Shown here in pieces: positions 39,095-47,975 of a stretch of DNA of 64,000 nucleotides; position 1 is the first letter of the stretch; every line of letters begins with the position of its first letter. Position numbers and translations under genes: made by a program. The notes under the pieces were generated by a model. The model saw only the letters and a list, made by a program, of their open reading frames with translations, searched no databases and was not told the DNA's origin. This DNA is from an uncultured delta proteobacterium (lineage in GTDB: Bacteria > Desulfobacterota > Binatia > UBA9968), in NCBI GenBank assembly GCA_963745035.1, contig CAVUVW010000014.1:640001-704000 (forward strand), in the 5' to 3' direction.

Positions 39095-40684
39095 TTACTG
39101 CTCGACGCACGGCGCTCCGGTCGACTGCACGCAGTCGATGTGCCGCCGGCCGCGGCCGTCATAGGGAGTCGGTAGATAGGGAAACTCCTTGGCGATGCCG
39201 TTCAAGGTCACATCGAGGCGGTTGCCGGCGATCATTCCATAGCCCGGCCCGTCACTGACGCCCGCGCCGGGCGCGCCGCCGAGGAAATTGACGCCGTCGC
39301 CGGCCAGACCCGCGATATAGTTGGCGCCGCCGACCACGCGCAACGCGATATCGGTGACATCGTCATTGGGTCGCCGGCCGTTAGGGAATCCGGCCGCATC
39401 GTCGGCCAAACCGCCGAGCCGTTTCTGGTTTTCCGGCTGGACCGGCGCCGCTTTCAAATTGAGGCGCAGCAATTCGGCGCACGGGCTCCCGCAGTTGTTG
39501 CCGCTCAAGGGCTGACCCGTATATTTTAGAAATACGCTCATCAAGTCGGTGCGCGGCGTCGCCGTCACCGGCACGCTGAAGATCAGCTCCAGCGCCAGCG
39601 CGATCGAGGGATTTTTGTAGAACTCCTGGAACTTCGCTTCGCCTTCCGGTTCTTGAGAGTTCCAGAAATCTTTCGCCGAAGTATCGATGATCAGCTCGTT
39701 CACCAGCGGATTGGCCAAGCGCGACACCTGAACCCACGGGCCGGCGAGTTTCGTCGTACCGTCGCCTTTTAACTGCTTGATCTTCTGTTTCGCGGTCGAC
39801 GCATACATGCCGATCACCGCTGCGGCGGTTTGCTCTGCCGACTTGCCGTCCTGGGTGATGCGCGTAATCGGCACCTCAATAACGATGCTGTTCACGTTGG
39901 TGCCGCTGAACCGGTTGATGCCGAACGGATCTCGGCCGTCGTTGCCGTCTTCCGCCGCGCTGAGCAACGGCGGGAAGCGGCGCAGGTTGGCCGTGTCGAA
40001 CACCGCGCCGAGATCAATGTAGAAAGTTTCCGCGCGCTGCCCGGCGAATACTTTGATGCCGGTCGAGGCGTCGCTGTAGACGCCTTGGGACGCCAGGTCT
40101 TCATAATTCTTAAAAGTTGCCGGACCGACGTTGCTCGGCACCGCGATGAGCTTTTGGCCTCTGAACAGCTCGGTGCGCTTTTTGCCCCGCACTTCGGTGA
40201 CCGTGTAGGTTTGCCGGCGGGTCAAGCCCTCGGAACCCGGGCCATCGAGCTTGGTAATTCCTTGAAGCTCGGCGACCGGAATCTTCGGATTGCCGACATA
40301 AGCCAGGGGAAATTCCAGTTGTCCCAACGCCGGCCGGTTTTCCGTCTTGAAGCGAAATTCGTAGACGATGTCCTCCGCCTTGCCGTCCTGATTGTTATCG
40401 ATGTTGACGGTGTACAGCACCTCGTCGTCGAAGTTGAAATAGTTCGGGCCGTCGGCCGGCTCTTGGCCCGGGATCACGTTCATGATGAACACCGCCTTGC
40501 TCGGATCCTGCCAGCTGCGAAAGGCGTAGGTGTCGGTGTTGTCCGCCGCCGGGTCGAGGGCGATGAGCGGTGCCTCCCGATGGCTGGCGGCGCCGGCCGG
40601 CGGAGTCATGGTTGCAAGCGCCATGAGCGCGCTCAGCAAAACAGCGGTGGCCCGATGGATGGGTTTTTTCTTGACGGATTGCAT
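39095..40684 (-). CDS. DUF4331 domain-containing exported protein
   Basis: Signal peptide, then ASHREAP..DNTDTYAF, QVSRLANPLVNE, GFPNGRRPNDDVTD. Confidence 0.9.
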   Translation of the reverse strand: MQSVKKKPIHRATAVLLSALMALATMTPPAGAASHREAPLIALDPAADNTDTYAFRSWQDPSKAVFIMNVIPGQEPADGPNYFNFDDEVLYTVNIDNNQDGKAEDIVYEFRFKTENRPALGQLEFPLAYVGNPKIPVAELQGITKLDGPGSEGLTRRQTYTVTEVRGKKRTELFRGQKLIAVPSNVGPATFKNYEDLASQGVYSDASTGIKVFAGQRAETFYIDLGAVFDTANLRRFPPLLSAAEDGNDGRDPFGINRFSGTNVNSIVIEVPITRITQDGKSAEQTAAAVIGMYASTAKQKIKQLKGDGTTKLAGPWVQVSRLANPLVNELIIDTSAKDFWNSQEPEGEAKFQEFYKNPSIALALELIFSVPVTATPRTDLMSVFLKYTGQPLSGNNCGSPCAELLRLNLKAAPVQPENQKRLGGLADDAAGFPNGRRPNDDVTDIALRVVGGANYIAGLAGDGVNFLGGAPGAGVSDGPGYGMIAGNRLDVTLNGIAKEFPYLPTPYDGRGRRHIDCVQSTGAPCVEQ

Positions 40685-40744
40685 GGTCGATACCCCCTTC
40701 ATTTGCGTTTGTGTTTTTCGCGTCGTTCGCTTGAGCTCGCCGCA

Positions 40745-41989
40745 CTAGTGCTGGGCAAAGCGCTCCGGGAATTGCTTGGCGATCGCCGTGCCGAGCGGAT
40801 CGGCGATCATCGCCATGTGACTGGCGGCCATGCGCAGATTCGCATAGACCTTCTGCCACTCGCGGGCAGCCTGAGCATCGACCACGTCCTTGAGCGTAAT
40901 GATGTGCCCTTTGACCAGCTCGGCCACAGTGTTTTTGGGCAGGTTCGGATTCGCCGAGGCCAAGAATGCGCCGAAGTCCTCGCTGTAACTAATAAGATCG
41001 TTGACCGCCCTATCCTGCTTGGCTTTGTCTTTCGCCGCGAGGCCGGTCGTATAGTCGACGACGAAACCGATGTGCTTGCGCCACAACGGCAGGAAGGCTT
41101 TCTCGGCGTCGGCGCCGTATACCGAGCCGATCGCTTTGGCGATGTCGATGGAATTTTGGTCCAGCGCATTGGCCGCGGCTTTGAACTCCGCTTCGCGGCC
41201 GCCCAGCGCCGAACCCGTGGCCATGGCTGCGATGATCGCATGCTCGCGCAGCGCCATGTTCAGCGTCGTGCGCAAGGTGGCGGCGGGAGCATCCGGCGCG
41301 CCGGGGAACCGATTGGGGAATTGCTTGGCGATCGCCGCGGCAAGGGGATCGCCGATCATCTGCATGTGATGATACGCCGAGCGCGTCGCCGCATACGCCT
41401 TGGGCCAGTCGCCGGCGGCCTGCGCATCGACGACGTCTTTCAAGGTAAGAATATGACCTTTCACCAAATCGCCGACCGCGCTCTTCGGCAGGTGGGGATT
41501 GGCAGAGCTGAGAAACGCGCCGAAGTCCTGGCTGTAGCCGAGCAAATCGGCGACGGCCTTGTCCTGCTTCGCCTTGTCTTTCGTCGCCGCGCCGGTGGTG
41601 TAATCGACAAAAAAGCCGATGTGCTTGCGCCACAAGGGCAGGAACGCTTTCTCGGCGTCGGCGCCGTACACCGCGCCGATCGCCTTTGAAATATCGATGG
41701 AGTTGGCGTCGAGACCGCCGACGGCGCCCTTGAATGCCGCCTCGCGCCCGCCGAGCGCATGACTCGTCGCCACCGCCGCGATCAACACGTGCTCGCCCAA
41801 GAGCGCGTTTAGATTCGATCTGAGGTCTGCCGCCGTCCACTTGGTATCCTTGGCGTCCGTCATTGAGCCATGCATCGAGTGATGTTGCATGGGTCCTGAA
41901 GATCGATCCCAGCCCGTCTGGCCGCAACCCGATGAAACCAGCGCAGCCAAGACCGATCCGCCGATGATTCGTGCAACTTTGCTTTTCAT
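40745..41989 (-). CDS. Lipoprotein with two tandem helical repeats carrying conserved His
   Basis: Lipobox SSGC, His/Met-rich linker MQHHSMHGSM, two repeats each with EH, LWRKHIG, GH and HM. Confidence 0.85.
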   Translation of the reverse strand: MKSKVARIIGGSVLAALVSSGCGQTGWDRSSGPMQHHSMHGSMTDAKDTKWTAADLRSNLNALLGEHVLIAAVATSHALGGREAAFKGAVGGLDANSIDISKAIGAVYGADAEKAFLPLWRKHIGFFVDYTTGAATKDKAKQDKAVADLLGYSQDFGAFLSSANPHLPKSAVGDLVKGHILTLKDVVDAQAAGDWPKAYAATRSAYHHMQMIGDPLAAAIAKQFPNRFPGAPDAPAATLRTTLNMALREHAIIAAMATGSALGGREAEFKAAANALDQNSIDIAKAIGSVYGADAEKAFLPLWRKHIGFVVDYTTGLAAKDKAKQDRAVNDLISYSEDFGAFLASANPNLPKNTVAELVKGHIITLKDVVDAQAAREWQKVYANLRMAASHMAMIADPLGTAIAKQFPERFAQH

Positions 41990-42022
41990 GTTTTCCCTCC
42001 CGTGAATTGCCCTTTTTTGGAT

Positions 42023-42411
42023 CTAGCGAACCAGCACCTCGCCGCGCATGTGTTCGTGGCGCTCGCAGAAATAGCTGTACGTTCCCGGCTGAGCGAAAGT
42101 GAAGCTGAAGCTCCCGCCTTTGCCGTCCAGGGACGCCGCAAAACCATTTTCTTTTTTCTCGGCGGTGACGGTATGAAGGATCTCGTCTTCATTGACCCAG
42201 CTCACCAAGGTTCCCGGCCTCACTTCGATCCGTCCCGGTTGAAACTGGAAAAGTTTAATCGCCACATTGCCGAGCGGTTGCGGCTTGGCGCCTTCGACAA
42301 CCGCCGCTGGCTTCAGCGGCTCGTCGTCGCATTCGTCATGGCCCAGGCCGGAGCGGCCCACGCCAATATCATCGCCGCCACGGTGGTGAAAACTCTTTGC
42401 CTGCGCTTCAT
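42023..42411 (-). CDS. Cupredoxin (plastocyanin/amicyanin-like), one frameshift near 42340
   Basis: Signal peptide MKRRQR..AWA in one frame. Mature WVNEDEILHTV..YSYFCERHEHMRG (type-1 Cu H/C/H/M) in the next. GGAG RBS. Confidence 0.88.
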
Positions 42412-42460
42412 ATCTTCTCCTTTTTTCTGTTTGCCGACCCGCGCTGCCTTCTGTGGTGCT

Positions 42461-42488
42461 CTACGGCTGGATTCGGGAACTTGGATTT
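42461..42488 (-). promoter_or_regulatory. Putative ECF promoter AAATCC-N17-CGTAG for the cupredoxin-DUF4331 operon
   Basis: Minus strand AAATCC(42488-42483)-17 nt-CGTAG(42465-42461). The same hexamer, pentamer and spacing occur on the opposite strand. Confidence 0.7.
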
Positions 42489-42534
42489 GGCGCAGCAAAC
42501 TTTTCGGCGTGAAAAGAATTTTCTTGGATCGAAT

Positions 42535-42562
42535 AAATCCAAACCGCCGGGTCCGAACGTAG
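42535..42562 (+). promoter_or_regulatory. Putative ECF autoregulatory promoter AAATCC-N17-CGTAG
   Basis: AAATCC(42535-42540)-17 nt-CGTAG(42558-42562), upstream of the cupin-sigma-rskA operon. Confidence 0.7.
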
Positions 42563-42636
42563 GTAATACAGGCGCGGTTTGCGCCGTTCGATCGAACCCG
42601 GTTATAGTGGCCCGGCTCAATCGAACAGGTTGGCCT

Positions 42637-43194
42637 ATGGATCACGACAACTGGTTGGATTTAGTGGATATTTACGCTGCAGGCGCATTGGACGGCGACG
42701 AACTTAGCCGCTTCGAGGCGCATCTCTCTGCGGGCTGCCTGCAATGTCAGGCGCGTATTCGCGAGACTCGGGAAGCGCTGGCAGGCTTATCGGCCACGCT
42801 TGAACCGATCACCCCAGCAGACTCGGTTAAGGCAAGGCTCTTGGAGCGCATCGACTCCGAAAAGCCGGGCTTGGTCTACATTCCCGCCAACGAAGGCAAA
42901 TGGATCGACGTCGAGCCTGGAATTGTCGCTAAGATCTTAAACCTGGATACCGAACGGGGGCAGGTCACGGCCCTTGTGCGCATGGCGCCCGGTTCAGCCT
43001 ACGCCGATCATCGCCATCTGGGAACGGAAGAGGTTCTGGTCCTGGAGGGAAGCTGCTATTGCGGCGGGCGCCTGCTGCGGCCGGGCGACTATCACCGCGC
43101 CGAGGCCGGCAGCATTCATCTCGACACGCGCACCGACGAGGGTTCGCTCATGCTGGTCACCGCGCCGCTGCAAAAGGAAATGCTTGCGACCTGA
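42637..43194 (+). CDS. ChrR-like anti-sigma factor (zinc-finger N-terminus plus cupin)
   Basis: YAAGALD..HLSAGCLQC and cupin HRHLGTEEVLVLEG..GDYHRAEAGSIH. Confidence 0.85.
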   Translation: MDHDNWLDLVDIYAAGALDGDELSRFEAHLSAGCLQCQARIRETREALAGLSATLEPITPADSVKARLLERIDSEKPGLVYIPANEGKWIDVEPGIVAKILNLDTERGQVTALVRMAPGSAYADHRHLGTEEVLVLEGSCYCGGRLLRPGDYHRAEAGSIHLDTRTDEGSLMLVTAPLQKEMLAT

Positions 43195-43237
43195 CTCCAG
43201 TGATAGCACGTACGCTGATTCAATCGGAAGATCGGTG

Positions 43238-43801
43238 ATGACTGTCGAATCAATGAGCAGTTCTATTTCTTTGATTCAAAGAATCGGCGCCCAAAACCGC
43301 GACGCGTTCAGCCAGTTCTACGACCGCTATTCCCCGATCGTATATTCCCTGGCACTGCGCATGCTGAGAGCGCAATCCGATGCCGAAGATCTGCTGCAGG
43401 AAGTCTTTCTGCAAGTGTGGCGCCAGGCCACAGCCTACAACGCCGAGCGCGGCAGCCCGGAGGCTTGGTTGATCAACATCGCGCGCAGCCGGGCAATCGA
43501 TAAGCTCCGTTCCATACGTAGAAGAGAAAGAAGCTTTGTTTTGACCGATGATCCGGCCGCGGCGGAATCGCCGGACAACGTGGAAACGTCCGCTGGAGAA
43601 TCGGAAACTCGCTTGGCGATGAACAGCGCCCTGGCAAGTTTACCGGAAGCGCAGCGGCGCGTGCTCGAGTTGGCTTATTTTGACGGCTTGAGCCAGACGG
43701 AAATCGCCGCTCGGCTGGCGGAGCCGCTGGGAACGGTCAAAACCAGAATGCGCTCGGGGATTCTGCGTCTAAGAGGTATGCTTGGAACCCAGGCTGCATA
43801 A
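43238..43801 (+). CDS. ECF RNA polymerase sigma factor (SigK-like)
   Basis: DAEDLLQEVFLQVW, AWLINIARSRAID, LAYFDGLSQTEIA..PLGTVKTR. Confidence 0.93.
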   Translation: MTVESMSSSISLIQRIGAQNRDAFSQFYDRYSPIVYSLALRMLRAQSDAEDLLQEVFLQVWRQATAYNAERGSPEAWLINIARSRAIDKLRSIRRRERSFVLTDDPAAAESPDNVETSAGESETRLAMNSALASLPEAQRRVLELAYFDGLSQTEIAARLAEPLGTVKTRMRSGILRLRGMLGTQAA

Positions 43802-44534
43802 TGGCCACCGAACATGAACATTGGCGCGAGTGTAGCGACATCTACGCCCTCGGCGCGCTCGATGGCGAGGAACTGAAGAATTTTCAAGCTCATCTCGCCA
43901 CCGATTGCCCGACTTGCGAAGCCTACGTTCGCGACAGGGGCGAAACTCTGAACTTGCTGCACCGTTCGCTCCGCCCGTTGACACCGCCATCTGCCGTAAA
44001 GGCGCGCATCCTCCATCAGATCGATAACGATGCAGCGGTATCGATCGCTGCAAGAACATCTTCGCGCCCGCAGCTTTGGCGTCGCATGGCGGGAACCATC
44101 GCCGCGGCAATAGCGGGCGTCGTTCTCGCCGGCGGCTACTTCCATTTTCGCTACGAGCCGCGCCATACGGTTTATAGCGCCGTCGTCAATCTGTTGCGCG
44201 ATCCGTCGACTCGAGATCTACCGCTCCACGGCGCCGGACCGACACCGCAGGCAAGAGGACGTTTTCTCTGGAACGCATCGGGCGAAGGGCATATTTTCGT
44301 GACCAATCTTCCCGCCGCGCCGACGGGAAAAATGTACGCGGTCTGGACCATCGCGCAAAGCGCGGCGCCGCGTTACGTCGGCACGGTCAAGACCGATGCA
44401 GCGGGCCAAGGCGGCCTGCACATCAACACAGCGGACAATGAGGTCCCGTGGAAACCTTTGCCGTCACCCTCGAGCCCGACGGCACCACTGCCGCGCCCAC
44501 CGGTCCCATGGTCCTCGTATCGAAGCAGTCGTAA
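43801..44534 (+). CDS. Anti-sigma factor RskA-like, one frameshift near 44445
   Basis: YALGALD..HLATDCPTC, TM helix, NLPAAPTGKMYAVW. The RskA tail FAVTLEPDGTTAAPTGPMVL is in another frame ending at TAA 44534. Confidence 0.85.
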
Positions 44535-44567
44535 ATCTGCATTGCGCTACGTTCACGTCCGCTAAAT

Positions 44568-45080
44568 TCAAAGATCACGAACATGATCAGGCTCTTCGGT
44601 TTTCCGAGCTGTTGACCGTTGCCTGTTGCCTGCCGCCTTCTTCCAAACCATTTTCCGATGGGGAATGCCGGCTTCTAGGAAAACCGGGCCGACGCAGACG
44701 AAACCCAGCTTCTCGTAGAAACCGATGACGGGAATTTGAGCGTGGAGATAAATCTGCCGCGCGCCAAGACGCCGCGCCGCAGCCACCGCTTGTTTGAGCA
44801 GCTTCGCCCCAACGCCCTGATGTCGAAATGATTTCAGCACCGCCATGCGCCCGATCTTCGCGCTGTCACGGCGCAGCACGAGGCGAGCCGTTCCCACCGC
44901 CCGGTTCGAGGCCAATGCGATGAAATGCCGCGCGCGATGATCGTCGTCGTCGAGCTCGATCTCCGGCGGCACGCCCTGCTCGCGCACAAAGACGCGCATG
45001 CGGATGGCGAAAGCCCGCGCCTTTGCCTCCTCCGAAGAAATCTGTTTAACCTGAAGCGTTTTCACAGACTCGCGACTCAA
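44568..45080 (-). CDS. GNAT family N-acetyltransferase (ElaA/YjcF-like)
   Basis: IRMRVFVREQ, IGRMAV..RHQGVG, LHAQ, FYEKLGF, EAGIPH. Confidence 0.9.
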   Translation of the reverse strand: MSRESVKTLQVKQISSEEAKARAFAIRMRVFVREQGVPPEIELDDDDHRARHFIALASNRAVGTARLVLRRDSAKIGRMAVLKSFRHQGVGAKLLKQAVAAARRLGARQIYLHAQIPVIGFYEKLGFVCVGPVFLEAGIPHRKMVWKKAAGNRQRSTARKTEEPDHVRDL

Positions 45081-45117
45081 ACTTCTTTCATCGACGAACC
45101 GGCGAAGGGATCAGCGC

Positions 45118-46161
45118 ATGAGCGCAGCGGCGAATTCTCCAACACCTCGGGTTACCTTCGGCGTTCGGGCACCCAACTCCGGGCCGCTGGCGACGCCCGC
45201 GTCGCTGGTCGAAGTCGCGCGCGAAGCCGAGGCCCTGGGTTACGATTCCGTCTGGGTGCATGATCATCTCACCTGGTCCGACGAAATCCACCGCACGCAT
45301 ATCTCGTCAGGCGCGGATCATGGCGCCGCCGGCAATCCAAGCCCGGATTTCTACGAAGCGATGACCTCGCTCGCCTACCTTGCCGGGCAGGTGCGCACGG
45401 TGCGCCTCGGCGTTGCCTGCGTGGTCGTGCCCTGTCGCAACCCGCTGCTCGCCGCCAAACAGATCGCCACTCTCGACGTGCTGTGCCAGGGCCGCCTCGA
45501 TATCGGCGTCGGCATCGGCTCGCCGTCGACGATCAAATCGCGCGAATATGAAACGCTGGGCGTCAACCGCAAACAGCGCGGCAAGATCGCCGACGATCAC
45601 TTGCGCGCGATGAAGACCATCTGGACAACGCACCCGTCGAGCTACGAAGGACCATTCGTGAGATTCACCGACGCCGCGATCTGTCCGAAGCCGTTGCAAA
45701 AACCCCATCCGCCGCTCTGGGTCGGCGGCTGGACCGAAGCGGCCATGAAGCGCACCGCCGCGCTCGGCGACGGCTGGCTGCCGGCCTGGCTCTTGCCGGA
45801 AGACATCGCCAAGCGCTTCCGCGAAGTCAGAGAGATGACCGAGCGGCACGGCCGCGACCCGGAAAAAATTCATCTTGGCATCGAAGTTTATGGCTGTATC
45901 GACGAAGACCCGGCCAAAGCGCGGCGCGACGGCTTCGGCACCTTGGCGATCGGCCAGAGCACCTTCGAGCGCTTTATGACAGTCGAACAACTGGCGGAGG
46001 TGAGCCTGATCGGCTCGCCGGAAGAGATTCGCCGCCGCGTGAAGGCGTACAGCGAGGCCGGCGTGTCGCATTTCGAGATCAAGTTTATTTACCCGAGCCT
46101 CGAGCGCCACTCGCAGATGCTGCGGCTCTTCGCCAAAGAGATTCTCTCCGAGTGGCGTTAG
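45118..46161 (+). CDS. LLM class flavin/F420-dependent oxidoreductase
   Basis: AEALGYDSVWVHDH, RNPLLAAKQIATLD..GRL, PKPLQKPHPPLWVGG, GDGW. Confidence 0.9.
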   Translation: MSAAANSPTPRVTFGVRAPNSGPLATPASLVEVAREAEALGYDSVWVHDHLTWSDEIHRTHISSGADHGAAGNPSPDFYEAMTSLAYLAGQVRTVRLGVACVVVPCRNPLLAAKQIATLDVLCQGRLDIGVGIGSPSTIKSREYETLGVNRKQRGKIADDHLRAMKTIWTTHPSSYEGPFVRFTDAAICPKPLQKPHPPLWVGGWTEAAMKRTAALGDGWLPAWLLPEDIAKRFREVREMTERHGRDPEKIHLGIEVYGCIDEDPAKARRDGFGTLAIGQSTFERFMTVEQLAEVSLIGSPEEIRRRVKAYSEAGVSHFEIKFIYPSLERHSQMLRLFAKEILSEWR

Positions 46162-46198
46162 CCATCCTGCGAACTGCGCCCTCAGCGAGGGGCACGAA

Positions 46199-46909
46199 TC
46201 ATTTCATCTCGCGCAGCAAACGACCGTAGCCGGGCACGGGACTGCGCATGCCCATGGCGCGCAGCGCTTCCCAAGTCCAAGCCTGCGTGTTGGTCACCAC
46301 CGGCTTGCCGCCGTCGTTTTCGATGCGCTCGATCACCGACGCCGTACGCCACTTGTTGCAAGGCAGGTACACGCCGTCGACGTCCGGATGCTCGCGCAGC
46401 AGAGCCGTGGCCAAATCATACCCGGTCTCCGGCGCGAGCTGCCAGATCACGTCCGCGTTGGGACAGCCCAGGCCGCGGAAGGCGACCACCTCAATGCCGT
46501 CATGGGCAAGAAACTTCACCAGGCGCTCGTCCTGATCTTCGGGAAACGGCGACGCCATCACCACCCGCTTGAGCCCCAGCGCGCGACAGCCGCGGGTGAC
46601 CGCGGTCAAGACCGTCGAAGCGGCAACCGGGGTGATCTGTTTCACCAGATTCAGGATCTCGCGATCCGAGCCCGGCCCTTTGTAGGACAGAAACAATTCG
46701 CCGGTGACCATCAAGAAATCCAGCGGCCGCTGCGCCAGCTCGCGCACCAGACCTTGAAAGGTCAACTCCGCGCGATGAAACTCATCGTCGGTATACTTGC
46801 CGACGTGTAGCGTCCGTCCTTCGATGCGGATATCGGCCGGAAAAATCTTGTAGACGTCGACCAAAGTCTCCTCGGTGGTGTTCGGCGAAATCAGTCCGAT
46901 CAGCTTCAT
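46199..46909 (-). CDS. Asp/Glu racemase - maleate isomerase/arylmalonate decarboxylase family protein
   Basis: IGLISP, ALGLKRVVMASPF, DGVYLPCN, GKPVVTNTQA, PGYGRLL. Confidence 0.85.
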   Translation of the reverse strand: MKLIGLISPNTTEETLVDVYKIFPADIRIEGRTLHVGKYTDDEFHRAELTFQGLVRELAQRPLDFLMVTGELFLSYKGPGSDREILNLVKQITPVAASTVLTAVTRGCRALGLKRVVMASPFPEDQDERLVKFLAHDGIEVVAFRGLGCPNADVIWQLAPETGYDLATALLREHPDVDGVYLPCNKWRTASVIERIENDGGKPVVTNTQAWTWEALRAMGMRSPVPGYGRLLREMK

Positions 46910-47078
46910 TGATCCTCCACGCTCGCATGCCGGCTCGGCTGCGGCTATCTGTTTCATCTACTCGACCGCGCGGCGGCTTTCAAATGTACATCGCAATTTT
47001 TTCGGACGGTAGCTGCGATTTCTGCCGGCGATGCGCGCTCATTCGCAACAGCTTCCGAGCTTTGCTAGTGTGGCGCCG

Positions 47079-47876
47079 ATGCCATCGATCCGCAAAGCTC
47101 TGACGATCGCCGGATCGGATTCCGGCGCCGGCGCCGGCATTCAGGCCGATCTCAAAACCTTCGCCGCCCTCGGCGTCTACGGCACCTCGGCGATCACCGC
47201 GATCACGGCGCAGAATACTATCGGCGTGAGCCAAGTTTTCGCTCTTAGCCCAAAGCTCGTCGAAAACCAGATTGACGCGATCATGGAAGACATCGGCGCC
47301 CACGCGGTGAAGACCGGCATGCTCGCCAACGCTGCGATTATCCGCATGGTGGCGAGAACCGCGCGCCGGCACCGACTCAAGAACCTTGTCGTCGACCCGG
47401 TAATGGTGGCAACCTCCGGCGATCTTCTGATCGAGAAAAACGCGGTGGCGGCCTTGCGCTCCGAGCTCATTCCTGTGGCGGCGTTGGTTACGCCGAATAT
47501 TCCCGAAGCCGCAGAGCTCACGGGGATGAAGCTTCGTGGCCGCGAGGATATTGAACAGGCCGCGCGGAAAATCGTTGAGATGGGAGCGCCGGCGGTGATT
47601 ATCAAAGGCGGCCACCTGAAAGGCCCGGCAGTGGATCTATTTTTCGACGGAAAAAAGCTCAGCGCGCTGCGCGCGCCGCGGATTCGCACAAAGAATACGC
47701 ACGGCACCGGCTGCACGTTCTCCGCAGCCGTCGCCGCCTACCTGGCGCGCGGCGCGGATCTGGAAGATGCCGTTCGTGCCGCGAAAAAGTACGTTACCGC
47801 GGCGCTCCGCCGCGGTTTCGCGGTCGGCGCCGGGCATGGTCCGGTGCATCACTTCTACCGATTATGGAGAAATTGA
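47079..47876 (+). CDS. thiD: Hydroxymethylpyrimidine/phosphomethylpyrimidine kinase
   Basis: LTIAGSDSGAGAGIQADLKTF, VKTGML, DPVMVA, TPNIPEA, NTHGTGCTFS. Confidence 0.96.
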   Translation: MPSIRKALTIAGSDSGAGAGIQADLKTFAALGVYGTSAITAITAQNTIGVSQVFALSPKLVENQIDAIMEDIGAHAVKTGMLANAAIIRMVARTARRHRLKNLVVDPVMVATSGDLLIEKNAVAALRSELIPVAALVTPNIPEAAELTGMKLRGREDIEQAARKIVEMGAPAVIIKGGHLKGPAVDLFFDGKKLSALRAPRIRTKNTHGTGCTFSAAVAAYLARGADLEDAVRAAKKYVTAALRRGFAVGAGHGPVHHFYRLWRN

Positions 47877-47888
47877 CGGTCGAGGATT

Positions 47889-47932
47889 GAGGATCGAGGA
47901 TGGAAGATCGCAATCCTCCATCCTCGATCCTC
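47889..47932. terminator. Heptamer-based 16-bp hairpin between convergent thiD and pyrF
   Basis: gaggatcgaggatgga (47889-47904) and tccatcctcgatcctc (47917-47932) form a perfect stem. Confidence 0.6.
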
Positions 47933-47975
47933 CGCTCTTTCGAAGCGCGCAAATCGCGGAAATGGAACTTAACCA

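Noticed and set aside
39830-41689. 619-aa plus-strand ORF
   Set aside because: Antisense shadow of DUF4331 and the repeat lipoprotein. Typical high-GC artefact with no motifs.
42330-44460. Programmed frameshifting in the cupredoxin or rskA-like genes
   Set aside because: No slippery heptamer seen. The indels sit in short C/G runs and resemble other probable sequencing errors in the window.
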